Origin: Torpedo marmorata
Lineage: Eukaryota
Direction of reading: 5' to 3'
DNA: 64,000 nt
Assembly: GCA_977017645.1 (NCBI GenBank)
Contig: OZ360227.1
Location: 59,210,001 to 59,274,000, forward strand
The position numbers and the translations under genes are program-made. Each line of letters opens with the position of its first letter. Within the stretch, counting starts at the first letter, position 1. A model generated the notes under the pieces. That model worked only from the letters and a program-made list of their open reading frames with translations. It made no database searches and had not been told where the DNA came from. This document shows positions 44,336 through 58,949 of this stretch, in pieces.

Positions 44336-44799
44336 ATGTCAGATAAGTGAATTTCCCGGTTGCTTGAGATTGCGTGTTGCGTGATTGGCGAACTAACGGT
44401 GAGGCGCACAAATTCTAAACTTGCATATTTTTTACCTATTTATTTTCTGCGATGTTTTTGTCGGTTGCTTGAATTCCAGATAACAGGGGTTTTACTGTAT
44501 TTAACATTTGGTAAATGCTAAGGGAAGAGCTTTGCCTCACTCTTATCACAAGACTGCTCTCTCTGCATAGGCCAAGACCAGAGGAACTGCCAATTTCTTC
44601 ACCAAGCAGCTGCAGTCAGGTCTCCCAATTGTTTCTGACCACCACCTGGCACAGGAAGAGCACATTTGGTGAACATTTGCATGTAACGTGGAGGTGAACT
44701 TCATCCATGGTAGCTGGGACCCAGGAACCTTAGCTTGGTGCAACTGCGACAGAATGTTTAGTCACAGAGTCCTGCAGAATGGGAAAAAGGCACACAGGC

Positions 44800-45470
44800 C
44801 CAAACAAAACACTCTACTGCATCAGTCCTACTGGCTCGCATTGGGCCCAGACCCCTCATATCCCTCCCATCCATGGTTATCCGTGTTTCGCAAAGGATGC
44901 TAACGTACCTGCCTCCACCACTTTGTCTGTTGGCTCGTTCCATGTGCCCACCACCCTCTGAGTGATGAACTGTTCCCTCACGTCCCTTCTAAATCCCACC
45001 CCTGTTACCTTGTAGTTATGCCCTCTCCTCTAAGATTCTCCCACTCTAGGAAACAGACTGTCACTGTTCACCTTATCAATGTCCCTCATGATTCTATAGA
45101 CCTTATTAAGATCCCCTCTCAACCTCCTATGCTCTCAGGCCTAGATTTTCCGGTCTCTCACAATAACTCAACTTCCCTAATGCTGGCAGTAACATTGTAA
45201 ACTTTCCTGTACTAATTCCAACTTTATAATCACCTTCCTATAGCCAAACAACCAAAACTGCAGACAATGTTCCAAGTGTGGCTTCACCAACGCTTTGTAT
45301 AACTTCAACATGACGGCCCAATACTTGTATTCAATGACCTGACCGATGAAGGTAAGCGTCCTAAATGTTCTATTCACTAATCTGTCTATCTGTGCTGCCA
45401 TCTTAAAGAACCATGTACCCGCACCCCGAGGTCTCTCTGCTCCACAACCCTCTTGAGTTCCTCCACAGAT
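44800..45470 (-). mobile_element. CR1 3' fragment
   Basis: LKLYKALVKPHLEHCLQFW. Confidence 0.8.
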
Positions 45471-45539
45471 ACCTCAGTTTAATTTAAAGAGACTGCACAG
45501 TTATGAGTCCTGCTCATGAGCCCGTGCCACTCAAATGCA

Positions 45540-46160
45540 CCCGTTCCCAGTCTCCATCCAGATCGCTTTGTTGAGCACCTTTGCTTTGACCACTGTAATA
45601 GTGACAACCCATTTCAACACCCCACCCTATTCCCAAACTGACATGTCTGTCTGTGCTAAACTGAGTCCACCCACAAATGGGACGAACAACACCTCATATT
45701 CTGGCTGGGCACCTTCCAACCAGACGTCATTAACATTGACCTCTGTTTCTGTTAGGTCCTTTGTCTCTCTCTTACCCTATCCCTATATCTCCTTTCCTCC
45801 AGCTCCCCACCCCCTATCTCTTTCCCTATGCCCTTGTCTCCTTTCCTCCATCTCTGTATTCACAGAGCTACCCCCCCCCCCACCCAACTAATTCTTAGCT
45901 TTTCTCTTCTGCCCTCCCACCCATGTCCACCTATGGCCTCTTGGCTGTTGGTCTGTTCTCCTCCCCCTGCCCCTTCTTCCCTCTTCTCTCCTTCCCCCAC
46001 CTTTTCATTCAGGCGCCTGTCTGCATTTTGCTCACACCTTGACGAAATGTTGGTTATATATCTTTGCCTCCGAAGGATGCTATGGGACTTGCTGAGTTTC
46101 TCCAGAACTTGTGTGTATAACTATAATCACAGCGTCTGCAGACTTTCGTGTTTTACACCT
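45540..46160 (+). mobile_element. Penelope 3' fragment
   Basis: GIY-YIG C-terminal remnant; tail; hammerhead with stem II deleted (~46035-46055). Confidence 0.75.
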
Positions 46161-46789
46161 TTTCGGTTCCTTATTTCCACTCACACTGCCTCGCGCAATA
46201 GTTCCCAGGCAATTTGCTCTCTGAAAACTACTGTGATATACTCTTTGACTAATATTGCAACACCCCCCCACCTCACTTCCCACTGTTCCTGTCACACCTG
46301 TAACTATGGTACCCAAACATTGAGTTGCCACTCTCTCTGCTACTACCACAACATCCTATTGTTCTGTACCTATCCGCACCCTAAGCTCGTCTGCTTTCCC
46401 CGTCAGGCTTCTTGCATTAAGTATACCCACCTCACCTCAACGCTTGTCCTCCACCATCCTGTTCTGCTTCAACGCACTTGATTTTTAGTTAAGACAGAGC
46501 ATGGTAACAGGCCCTTCCGGCTCACGAGCCTGCACCACCCAAATACACACGTGACCAATTAACCTACGAACCCTGTAAGTCTTCGCAACATGGGAAGACC
46601 CAGAGGAAAACCCAAGTGTTTTAACAGATTAGAACCCAGGACGCTGGCACTATAATAGCCATGCCAATCCTTTGCCTTCATCTCTACCCTTCTCAGTCCC
46701 TCGCACTCCCTCACTCCCATCCATCTGCCATTCATTTTAAGCCTCCTGGGAGAATCTAGCAAATCTCACTCCCAGAATAACCCTTCTCC

Positions 46790-47700
46790 CTTGTACAGGT
46801 CACCTCTGCCCCAGAGCAATTGTTTATAAATCTTAACCCCTCACCCCTGCACCAACTGCTCATGTGCATTATCCTCCTGTTCCTCCTCTCACTGGCAGGT
46901 GGCACTGGCAGTAATCCTACTTTTTAGCTTTCACCCTAACTTGAATTTGTTTTCCCCATCCCATTCCCTCCCTACGTCATTGGTACCAATGCGTACCACA
47001 ACTTCTGGCTGCTTGCCCTCCCCTTTAAAAATGCTGTGGACTCAATCGAAGACATCCCTGACCCAGGTACCCAGGATATAACATACCATCCGGGAGATAA
47101 CATACCAGCCGGGAGTCTCGATCCTGGTCACAAAATCTCCTGTCGGTCCCTCTGTCTATTGAGCCCACGATCACTATCGCTCTCCTTTATTTCCCCTTTG
47201 CTTCTGAGCCTCAGACCCAGACCCAGTGTTAGGGACGTGGCTGCTGTGACTTCCTCCTGGGAGGTCATCCCCCAACAGTATCCAGAATGTTGTCACTGAG
47301 AGGGATGGTCACAGGGGGTTTCTGCCCTTTCAGGCCGCAGCCTCTACCTTTCCTAATGGTCACCCATTGACTCCCTCTCTGCACCTTCGGTGAGACCCCT
47401 CACTGAAGCTCTCATCTCTGATGTCCTCTGCATTCCAAATGATCTGCTGTACGTCCAGTTGCAACTCCAGCTCCCTGATCCGGTCAGTCAGGAGTTGCAG
47501 CTGCATGCACTTCCTACAGGAGGAGCCATCAGGAACACTGGAAGATTCCCTGACTTCCCACCTCCCGCAGGAGGAGGATTGGACTGCCCTCGGTGCCATC
47601 TGATCTTCACCAACCTCTGCAGAGAAAGCAATGGTAAACCTTACTTTGTTTTCTTGTTGTAGCCCTGCAACCTCTGCTTACCAAAGCTCTCAAGCCAAAG
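46790..47700 (-). mobile_element. CR1 5' region / ORF1 remnant
   Basis: C..WEV...CRKC.QLQLL.DRI.ELELQLD resembles the CR1 ORF1 zinc finger-leucine zipper. Confidence 0.7.
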
Positions 47701-48484
47701 CCTCAATGCTCCACACTTCCACTGTTCACACTCACAATACATCACTCTTATTCTGGTTACACCCAGAATGCAACATTCTTACCCAAGTCACTGCCACTTA
47801 ATGCACCACTGTTGACACTTATATTGAGCAACTCTTCCACTGGTCACACCCACAATGACTGTTCTTACAGAGGTCACACCCAAAATGCATCTCTCTTGCA
47901 GTGGTCACATCCTCAATGCCCCACTCTTACACTAGTCATTCCTACAATGCCCCACGCTTCCACCAGTCACTTCCAAAATGGCCACACACTAGATCCAGCC
48001 CTCTCCAGAAACTAACCAGCATGCACCTCAACTTCTGTTTTTTTATTCTCCGGCTCAGCTCCGACTTCTCCTCTCTCCCGACAAGACAGCAACCCTTCCC
48101 AAATTGCCCTGGTGATTTGTAAAACCTTGAGTATTGTGAGGGAACAGATCAAAACCATCTGCAAAACAGCAAGAAATTGCAAGAGAAGTCCATGCTGGGA
48201 ATGGTCAACCACATCCAGAGTGGAAGGACCCCTGCCCCCTTCCAACCCAGCTCTCTTCCCCACCAGGTCCCAACCAATTTCCTGCACCTCCCAAAACTTT
48301 GTCACAAGGCAACTGGGGGAGACTGCCAGCTGTCAGCATCACACTCTCCAATGGAAGGAAGGACCTACCTTGGATATTGCTTCTGGGTGTAAAATCCTTT
48401 TTGAGAAGTGTGTTTTTATACAGGAACTGGTTAAATGTTGGCATTACACAGTCATGTTTCAGTGCATTAAAATAGGTGCAGTCA

Positions 48485-49441
48485 GATTTCAGATTTATTG
48501 TCAGAGTACATACATGACATCACATACAACCCTGGATTCTTTTTCTGCGGGCAAGGCAGAATTAACACTTATTGGTAGTGCAAAAAAACAAACTGTACAC
48601 AGCGTATACATGTAAACAAATAAAGAACTGTAAACAGATAACGAATGTAAACAAACCGACTGTGCAATACAGAGAGAATTTAAAAAATCAATAAAGTGCG
48701 CAAGAGTCCTAAAATAAGTCCCTGATTGAGTTTGTTGTTGAGGAGTCTGATGGTGGAGGGGTAGCAGCTGTTCCTGAACCTGGTGGTGCAAGTCTTGTGG
48801 CACCTATACCTCTTTCCTGATGGCAGCAGGAAGAACAGAGCGTGTGCTGGGTGGTGAGGGTCCTTGATAATTTCTGCTGCTCTCCAATGGCAGCATTCCC
48901 TCTAGATGTTCTTGATAGGGGGGAGAGTTTTGCCTTTGATGTCCTGGGCTGTGTCCACTACCTTTTGCAGGGCTTTACGCTCAGGGGTATTGGTGTCCCT
49001 ATACCAGACCGTGATGCAGCCGGTCAGCACATTTTCCACCACACATCTGTAGACATTTGCCAGGGTTTCTGGTGTCATACCAAACCTCCGCAAACTCCTG
49101 AGGAAGTAGAGGCGCTGATGTGCTTTCTTCATGACGCCTTTAGTGTGTTTGGTCCAGGAAAGATCCTCCGAGATAGTGACTCCCAAGAACTTAAATTTGC
49201 TCACCCTCTTCACTTCTGATCCCCCAATAATCACTGGATTGTATACCTCTGGCTTTCCTTTCCTGAATTCAACAATCAGCTCCTTAGTTTTGGTGACATT
49301 GAGTGCAAGGTTGTTGTTGGTGCACCATTCAGCCAAGTTTTCAATCTCCCTCCTGTATGCTGACTCATCACCTTTCTTTATACAACCAACTACAGTGGTA
49401 TCGTCGGCAAATTTGTAGATGGTGTTATTGTCGTACCGAGT
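48485..49441 (-). mobile_element. Rex1/Babar-type LINE 3' fragment
   Basis: EWCTNNNLALNVTKTKELIV.FR...FKFLGVTISEDLSW. Confidence 0.88.
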
Positions 49442-52293
49442 CAGTTTCTAGGCCTGATTTTTAAATTTATTTACCTACTAATTCTACAAATACCTCTTTA
49501 ATGCTGCAAATGTTATTCAGAAGCATCCACCTCTGGCACAACTCACCTCATACTCAAACATTTTGGAAACGATCAGACAGTCCAGTGACTTGCTGAACTA
49601 GTGATTTGCGGGGTCCTTATACCATTCCAACCTTACCACATTTCCCTTCTGTCTCACATGAGGTTTGCTTCACTGCATTTTGCAGAGTATAATTGTTATA
49701 TCTGGAATACTGGTGTAAGTTTCGTCTCCATATTTAAGGAAAATTACATTTACTAATGGCATTGCAGAGAAGGTTCATTAAATTTATTTCAGCGATTTCT
49801 TATGAGGAAATATTAAACTGACAGGGATTATACTCTGAGGTCTAGAAGAATGAGAATTGATTTTACTGAAACATGTTTGACCACACTTGAGTTTATTAAG
49901 ATAGGTGCCTTGTCAAGCCATTTTCCACCAGTGTCTTATTTCTACTGTTGGAGACACAGCCCAGTCCTCATTTAACTCAGATTTAAGACAACAAGGAATT
50001 TCTCCTCTCAAAAGAGTCACGCATCTTTCCCCTGGGACTTGTGGTGGCTGAGTCATGAAGTATATTCAAGAATAAAATCGTTTTTTAAACCTTGGAAGAA
50101 ACATGAGTTTCAGGAGCAGCCAGGAAAAGGATGGAAGGTCCAAATGAAATGTCTTTTTTTTAAAGTTAAGAAAGCACCTTGAGAGAGTCTGCAGCATAAA
50201 AATCCCTGCAGAAATATATTCCCTTCCTTCCACTCAATTTCCCTTTTTTTCCTGATCCTTCCATTTACTTTCATTGCTGCTCTCTCCTTATGTTTTCCTT
50301 TTTCTCTATTTTCCTTTTATTCTTATTCCCTTACTTTTCCTTGCTCCCGTCCAACCATCCAGGTTAAAAAAATAAATGTGGCAATGTTAGCCTGAGCAGT
50401 AATGATCGCCAGACTCTCGCAGGCACGTTCACTTTTCACAAGTATTAATCAGAGAAAAGTAAATATCTTGCGTAATTCTATCCATGACTGGGTTTCCATT
50501 GAATCAAAATTCTTACACTGGTCTGGCCAAATGCTCTCCACTGGTCCCTCATTCTCTCATTATTCAGCTCATATTCTGTCAGTAATCGACAGCTCGTGCT
50601 ACAAATTTAAACATTCGGAAAACAGCTAATTACAGCACTTTTTCCAATTGAATGGATATTCATGAGGTCTGTTTTACAATAATAATAAAAAATATATTCT
50701 CCTTGCGTCAACAACTAGAAACCTAGAAACTAGATTGCATTACTCCTGACAGGAAGGATATAGAGTGAAACACAAAAGTCTGCAGACGCTGTGATTGTAG
50801 TAAAAACACACAGAAATTGGAGGAACTCAGCCAGTCTCGCAGCGCCCATAGGAGGTAAAGATATATTACCAACATTTAGGGCTGAACCCTTCTTCAAGGA
50901 AGGATATAGATGTTTTAGAGAGAGTGCAGAGGAGATTTTCCAGGATGTTGCCCAGATTGGAGAACATGTCTTATGAAGCAAGGTTGACGAGCTAGGTCTC
51001 TTCTGTTTGGAGCTATGAAAGATAAGAGGTGACAATAGAGATAGATAAGATTATGAGGGGCTTAGGTAGGGTGAAGAGCCGACATCTTTTTTTCTTGGGG
51101 AGCCAATAGCAAATACCAGAGGACATCTGTTTAAGGTGAGTGGAAGAAAGTTTTGGAGAGATGTCAGAGGTATGTTTTTTTTACACAGAGAGTGGTGGGT
51201 GTCTGGAATATATTGCTGGGGATGGTGGTGAAGGCTGATACAATTGGGGCATTTAAAAGACTCTTAGATAGGTACATTGATGAAAATAACATAGAAGGTT
51301 ATGGGTTTGAGGTAGAGAGAATTCGATTGTTGTGGAGTAGGTTCAAAGTCAAAGTTCAAATTTATTGTTAAGAGTATATACATGACATCACATACAACCC
51401 TGAGATTATTTTTCCTGTGGTCCAGGCAGAATTTCTACTTATCGATAGTATAAACTGCACTTAAGAAAAAGATACGTATACAAAAGAGAGAAATGTAAAC
51501 AAAGGAAGAAATGTAGGTCAAGTCAAGTTCATTGTCAGCTGATTGCACAAGTACAACCTGACGAAACAGCATTCTCTGGTCCTCCATGCAAAACCCACAG
51601 ACACACAGCCAGACATAACACACATACAGCAAACAATACATATGCAGGACAAGTATTCATATATACAAATAAATAAATAAATATTGTTTGCGGAGCAGAC
51701 TTGATGGGCCTATTTCTGCTCCAATATCTTCTAAATATTAGAGTCTCGGATGGTTAGTGTGAACAGTTCCTATGGTCGTTCAGCATTCTCACTACCCGTG
51801 GGAAGAAGCTGTTTCTCAGCCAGGTGGTGCTGGCCCTGATTCTCCTGTATCTCTTTCCCGATGGGAGCAGTAAACAAACTGACTGTGCAAATACAGAAAA
51901 AATAAATCTTCAGTAATAAATAATGGGCAAAGTAAGAGTCCTTAAATGAGTGTTGTTTATTGTAGGAGCAAATAGAAATACCACACGGAGCTGGCATCCA
52001 AAACTACAGGTGATTTATTAAAACTGATGCGCATCAGGAGACCAGTCAAAGCTGATCTCCTGACTGTGATTTTGGTACAGGTTTTATAATCTCAACAGAC
52101 GCAATTACATTATCAACTTAGTTTTACTGTTTTGATTACAGAAGGGGAGTTACAAAGATCTAATGACTGGCAAGATAAAGGTTTATTACAGATTATCCAT
52201 GTTTAACTAAGTTAACTAAGTTATGAATGTAACTTACTTAATAATAAATCCAATTTCTTATTACAGCAAAGGGTGCACACTATAACATAATTA

Positions 52294-53278
52294 CCGTATA
52301 TTTTGGCGTATAAGTTGACTCGCTGATAAGTCGACCCCCCCTTTTCAGCCTCATTTTAATGGTTTTATTGTATATCCGGCATATAAGTCGACCCCCAATT
52401 TTCGGGCTGTCCGGGCCTCCCAACAACAACCCAAAATTTGTTACAACACCCCAATCGCCAAGTAACAAAGCTGTAAATTAAGCAAGTTAAAAAAAAAAAC
52501 AGTAAAAAAAACTTTTGCTTCTGGCCTGGAAGATGCCAAACGGAGCTGGGTCCAAGTCTTCAGCTTCGGCTGCAGCCAGAGTCGGCGACGGGCGACTCCA
52601 TTCTCCACATCGGGTGTGGTGCTGTCCTCATGGAAGAAGTCGCCTCGCTGCCCAAGTGTGCTCGGTGCAGGAACCACGGTACGTGTCGGCTCCCGAGCAG
52701 GTGCGGGGACTCGTTCTCCCGAGCAGGTGCGGGGACATCGTTCTCCCGAGCAGGTGCGGGGACATCGTTCTCCCGAGCAGGTGCGGGGACTCGTTCTCCC
52801 GAGCAGGAGCGGCGACCTCGTTCTCCCGGGCAGGAGCAGGGACCTCGTTCTCCCCGGCATGTGCGACGACTTCGTTCTTTCGGCAGGTCAGGAACGGACT
52901 CGGACTACGTGGCAGGAGCGGGAACCTCACCCTACCGGCCAGGAGCCTCGGCTTACCGGGCAGGAGCGGCGACCTCGTTCTCCCGGGTAGGAGCGGGGAC
53001 CTCGGGCTCTACAATTGTAGAATGTCTGGGTGGTTTATGGCGGCGCCGGCGGTGGGGAGGTGCTTCCAGCGTCGACCTATACGCCGAATCAGTTTTTTAT
53101 GGGTCGACTTATACGCCGAATCGGGTTTTCAAGGGTCGACTTATACACCGAATTGGCGTGGAGTAGTTTTTGAACTGAGTTTAAGGTCTCAAAAGTATAT
53201 CCGGCGTATAATTCGACCCCAGTTTTTTGAGAGATTTTTGAGGGTTTCAAGACTCGACTTATACGCCGAAATATACGG
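52294..53278. mobile_element. Tc2-like MITE, second copy (inverted relative to 13531-14373)
   Basis: Same TIRs, TA TSD, subterminal repeats and 24-bp minisatellite (~52690-53000). Confidence 0.88.
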
Positions 53279-53316
53279 TAATTGTGTTCCTGAAACTTGG
53301 GTGTCGTCACTGCTGT

Positions 53317-56300
53317 TGTGGTAAAACACTGTGTATAGGTTGTGGCTGGGTGATAGGTCTGGACATGCCCTCTGCTGACTGTTCCTGTGGGTCCTCCCAC
53401 AGACCCCCTGAATAAAGGCGATTGTGCCACTGCTCCTCCCCCAGTCCAGGACAGATAACCAGCATGGAGGTGACTCCGTTCTATTGCTAATAAAAGACTT
53501 TCAGTTCAAGTACAACTTCTAGTCTTTTGAAGTTATTGATGGGCTCATCAATTTTATTAGCAATATTTTAAGCATGGAAAACGTCCTGAGTCCCGACAAA
53601 CTAAACCTCGATCCGCAAACGCCAGAGGCCGGCAACGCTTTCGAACTCTGGCTAGCCTGCATCGAGTCATTCCTGGAGGAAATCAAGGTGCACGAAGACG
53701 CTTCAAAACGCAAATTCCTCCTCTCTGGGGTCAGCCCATGGGTGTACTCGATGATCCGAGACCTGCAGACCTACGAAGACACAATGAACGCCGTCAAAAG
53801 ACAGTCTATACGGCCAGTAAATACCGTATACGCGCGACATCGGTTAGCGACGCGGCAGCAGCGGCCCGGTGAGTCGAGCACTGAGTTCGTCCGGGCCCTA
53901 CAAACACTCATGCGAGCCTGCGATTGCCAGGGACTGATGCCCGGAGAACACACAGAGCTCCTGGTAAGAGACGCATTCGTCACTGGGACCAGGTCGGTGT
54001 ATGTGCGCCAGCGCCTGCTGGAACAAGCCGATCTCACCTTACGCTCGGCAATAGAGCTGGCTGATACGTTGGAAGCCGCGCTGCAGAACTCTGACGCTAT
54101 CCAGGCACGCGATCTTTTGCCGGCTCCGTGGATACCGCAGACCCCGCACCATGCCAGAAAATCGACCACAGCTGCCGCCAGTTGCGAGTCCGAGAAGTGC
54201 AACTTCTGCGGACTCGAAAATCACCCCCGGATACGCTCCCGGCCCAAGAGATGACCTGCGCCAGCTGCGGGAAGAAAGGCCACTCCGCCAAGGTCTGTAA
54301 GTCCATACTGCGAGCGGGATCGAACAGCGCTGCGTGTGAGGCATGGGGGTTGCCATTGTTGCCGTCGCCATCTTGCCCGTCCGCTGCCACCATGTGCGAG
54401 ACATGGGGGTGGCCATCTTGTTTGTCGTCATGTCCGTCGCCGCCATCTTACACATACGCGGCCAACACGTGCGAGTCATGGGAGCGGCCATCTTGTTCGC
54501 CACCTTCTTGCCAACACCCACGACCCACGGGTGCCGCCATCCCGGAACACCAGGCATTCCATCGCGTCGGATCAAGAGAGTGACTCAACTTTGGTATCTG
54601 TTACCCTCGACCAAAGTGCACCCCACCAACTCGCGAGGTCTATGATGGACATTCTGGTGGAGGGACACAGGACAAGCTGCCTTTTTGACACCGACAACAC
54701 GGAGAGCTTCATCCATGGTGCAGTGCTGCAGACTCACGACACAGCCGGTAAGCCAGAGGGTCGCCGTGGCTTCCGGGTCGCACACAACAGACATCCATGG
54801 GGGTTGTGTAGTGACGCTAGTGGTGCAGGACACTGAATACCGGGACTTTACACTACTGGTCATGCCTCAACTGTGTGCCCCTGTGCTACTGTGGCTCGAT
54901 TTCCAGAGCCACCTTCAAAGCGTGATGATGGAGTATGACGGGCCCCTTCCACCAATTACTGTCGGTAACCATCAATTTCTCAGACATACCAGACATATCC
55001 CGCCACATCACATGCGCAGCCGCATCACAGACACTACTTGCGGCCTATCCAACCTCAAGATCCATCCCCCAACGCTGTTCGCCAACCTGACCCCTGACTG
55101 TAAACCTGTGGCAACCAAAAGCAGGAGAAACAGCGCGGGGGACAGGGCCTTCATTAAGTCTGAGGTGCAGCGGTTGCTCAGGGAAGGGATCATTGAGGCG
55201 AGCACAAGTCCCTGGAGGGCCCAGGTGGTTGTCATTAAAAACGGGGAGAAAAATAGGATGGTGGTAAATTATAGCCAGACCGTCAATAGATTCAAGCAGA
55301 TCGACGTGTACCCTCTACCACGCATCGTGGATATGGTGAACCAGATAGCTCAGTACAAGCTATACTCCACGATAGACCTTAAATCCACCTACCATCATCT
55401 CTCCATCCACCGAGGCGGATTGCAGGCTCTATCACTTCCTGCGCGTCCCCTTCGGGGTCACAAATGGGGTATCCGTCTTCCAGAGGAAGATGGAGAGGAT
55501 GGTGGACCAGTGCCAATTAAAGGCCACATTCCCATACCTGGACAATATTACCATCTGTGGTCACGACCGGCAGGACCATGACAAAAATCTCCGGAAGTTT
55601 CTCTAGGTGGCCAAACATTCAACCTCACTGATAACAAGGATAAGTGCGTGTTCGGAACCGCCCGACTCGCTATCCTGGGGTGCGTCATGGAGAACGGAGT
55701 CATCGGCCCCGAACCCGACCAAACGCACCCCCTGCTGGAACAACCGCTCCATCACACCCTCAGAGCCCTCAAAAGGTGCTTGGGCTTCTTTTCATATTGC
55801 GCCCAACGGGTCCCTAATTATGCGGACAAGGCCCGCCCCCCCAGTAAAGTCCACCACTTTTCCTCTCAGCTGAGGCACGCGCGGCCTTCAGCCTCATCAA
55901 AGAGGACATTGCCAGAGCAGCAATGCACGCGGTGGACGAGTCCACTCCCTTCCAAGTAGAGAGCGACGTGTCTGACTTCACACTGGGTGCTATCCTCAAC
56001 CAGGCGGGAAGACCGGTGGCATTCTTCTCCCGTACCCTTCAAGGCCCAGAAATTCTGCACTCAGCGGTGGAGAAAGAGGCCCAGGCCATAGTGGAAACTA
56101 TCAGGAACTGGAGGCACTATCTTGCCGGCAAAAGGTTTACCCGGCTGACTGACCAGCGCTCAGTTGCATTTATGTTCAGCAATCAACAGCAGGGTAAAAT
56201 CAAAAATGATAAAATCTTGAGGTGGAGAATCGAACTCTCCACCTACAACTATGATATCATGTACCGGCCCGGGAAGCTCAACGAGCCCTCCTATGCCCTA

Positions 56301-57733
56301 TCCCGGGGACGTGCGCCAGCGCGCAGATGGACTGGTTATATGCCCTCCACTGCAAGCTTTGCCACCCCAGGGTCACCCGGCTTTTCCACTTTGTGAAAGC
56401 CCGTAACCTGCCATACTCCCTTGAAGAGGTCAGGACGATGACCGGGGACTGCCAAGTCTGCGCGGAGTGCAAACCGCACTTCTACCGACCCGAAAAGGCA
56501 CAGTTGATCAAAGCTACCCGCCCCTTTGAGCGTTGACTTTAAGGGCCCCCTCCCTTCTACCGATCACAATGTGTACTTTCTTAACGTCATTGACGAGTAC
56601 TCGCGGTTCCCTTTCGCCATTCTCTGCCCCGATACCACGACCACTTCAGTCATAAAAGCCCTCCGCAAACTCTTCACATTGTTTAGATAACCCTGCTATA
56701 TCCATAGTGACCGAGGGTCCTCGTTTATGAGTGACGAGCTACACCAATACCTGCTGGCCAGGGGTATCGCGACTAGCAGGACCACGAGCTATAACCCCTG
56801 GGGGAATGGACAGGTGGAGAGGGAGAACGCCACGGTCTGGAAGGCCACACTTTTAGCCCTCAGGTTTAAGGGACTACCAGTCTCCCGCTGGCAGGAAGTC
56901 CTTCCCGAGGCACTCCACTCCATCCACTCCCTGCTCTGCACATCCACCAATGCCACCCCTCATGAGAGACTCTTTTCCTTCCCCAGGAAGTTGACCACCG
57001 GGACTACCTTACCAGCATGGCTGACATCCTCAGGGCCAGTGCTGCTCCAGAAACATGTCAGGAGCAATAAATACGCCCCGATGGTCGAGAGGTTTCACCT
57101 ACTACACGTGAACCTCCAGTACGCCTACGTGGTTTTTCCTGATGAGCGGGAAGACACGGTCTCCATCCGGGACCTGGCGCCTGCAGGAGAACTGGGGACC
57201 GCCCCCGAACACTCCATGGTTACTGTTACCCTCGCACCAACCGCTAGGTACACACAGGAGACACCACTCAATTCAAACCCGACGCAGACACCAAACGAGA
57301 TCCCCATTCCGGCCACAGCATACACACACGAGGTTTTGCCGACGCCAGACGTGCTGGTACCTCCAATCAGGCAGGAGGCAGCACCGTCGCCTGTCCCATC
57401 ACCACAAGTGCTGCGCCGATCACAGCGGCGGACTCGACCACCTGATCGACTCGACCTGTAAATATACTAATTTGTTATTTATTTTTGTAAATATGGTTAC
57501 ATCCTTCACCCTGCGGGACTCTTTTAAAAGGAGAGGTGAATGTGGTAAACCACTGTATATAGGTTGTGGCTGGGTGAGATATCTGGACATGCCCTCTGCT
57601 GACTGTTCCTGTGGCTCCTCCCACAGACCCCCTGAATAAAGGCGATTGTGCCACTGCTCCTCCCCCAGTCCAGGACACATTACCAGCATGGATGTGACTC
57701 CATTCTTTTGCTGATAAAAGCCTTTCAGTTCTA
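53317..57733 (+). mobile_element. Compact Gypsy element, decayed second copy
   Basis: 5' LTR 53317-53550; truncated 3' LTR from 57541; frameshifted gag-pol (53574-57461) collinear with 32975-36829. Confidence 0.95.
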
Positions 57734-57829
57734 CTCCTGGGCCTGTCTTCTGTTCCCTGTTACCACATTACCACAATCCACATCCCTCTTTACTGGTTAT
57801 AGTCCTCATTATTGTTTCCCCTACAACAG

Positions 57830-58890
57830 GTAGCAACTGTTCCTGACCTGGTGGTACGAGTCTTGTGGCACCAACTCCTCTTTCCTGATGGCAGAGGCGA
57901 GAACAGAGCATATTCTGGATGGTGTGCTTGATGATTGCTGCTGCTCTCCAATTTTCTTGATGGTGGGGAGAGTTTTACCTGTGATGTACTGGGCTATGTC
58001 CACTACCTTGTGGTATTTGTGCCCCCATACCAGGCCATGATGCAGCCGGTCAGAACACATTCCACTACACATCTGTGGAAGTTTGCCAAGGTTTCCGATG
58101 TCATAACAAATCTCCGCAAAGTCCTGAGAAAGTAGAGGTGCTGAAGTGCTTTCTTCCCGATGACATTAGTGTGTTGGGACCAGGAAAGGTCCTCCGAGAT
58201 AGTGACCTTCAGGAATTTACATTTGCTCACCCTCTCCAACTTTGATCCCACAATGACCACTGGATCGCACACCACTGGTTTTCCCTTCCTAAAGTCTACA
58301 ATCAGCTCCTTCGTTTTGGTGACATTGAGTGAAAAGCTGTTGTTAGTACATCAATCAGCCAAATTTTCAATCTTCCTCCTGTATGCTGACTCATCGCCCT
58401 TTTTATACAACCCACTACTGTGGTATCATCAGCAAATTTGTAAATTTGTCATACCAAGCCACGGAGTCATACGTGCAAAGTGAGTAGAGCAGGGGGCTAA
58501 GAACACAGCCCTGTGGTACTCTGGTACTGATGGAGATTATGGAGGAGATGTTCTTCCTCTTCCTCACTGATTGTGGTCTGGAGGTGAGGAACTCCAGGAT
58601 CCCATTACACAGTGGGGTGTTGAATCCCAGGTCTTGGAGTTTTCTGATCAATTTTAAGGGGATAATGATGTTAAATGCTGAACTGTAGTCAATAAAGAGC
58701 ATCCTGATGTATGCGTCCTTGCTGTCCAGGTGTTCCAGGGATTTGTGTAGAGCCAGTGAGATGGCATCTGCCGTAGACCTGTTGCTACGGTAAGCAAATT
58801 GGAATGGATCCATTTCGCCGCTCAGACAGGAGCTAATATGCTTCAACACCAGCCTCTCAAAACACCATCACTGTGGATGTGAGTTCCATA
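57830..58890 (-). mobile_element. Rex1/Babar-type LINE fragment
   Basis: [16 protein letters not shown]...DYSSAFN...PQGCVLSP. Confidence 0.88.
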
Positions 58891-58949
58891 GTTCAACACA
58901 TTGTGGGCCAAAGGGCCTTCACTCTGCTGTAATATTTTATGTTCATTGC

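Larger units (their letters stand above)
51961..57825. mobile_element. Possible solo LTR (tgtagg...cctaca) hosting the Tc2-like MITE and Gypsy copy 2
   Basis: Inverted tgtagg/cctaca ends interrupting a Rex1-like sequence. No TSD seen. Confidence 0.35.

Noticed and set aside
47740-48000. Loose cacacccacaatg-like periodicity
   Set aside because: Too degenerate to define a unit; probably an old minisatellite.
52515-53324. Long Arg/Gly/Pro-rich ORFs in several frames
   Set aside because: Stop-free translation of a GC-rich 24-bp minisatellite.
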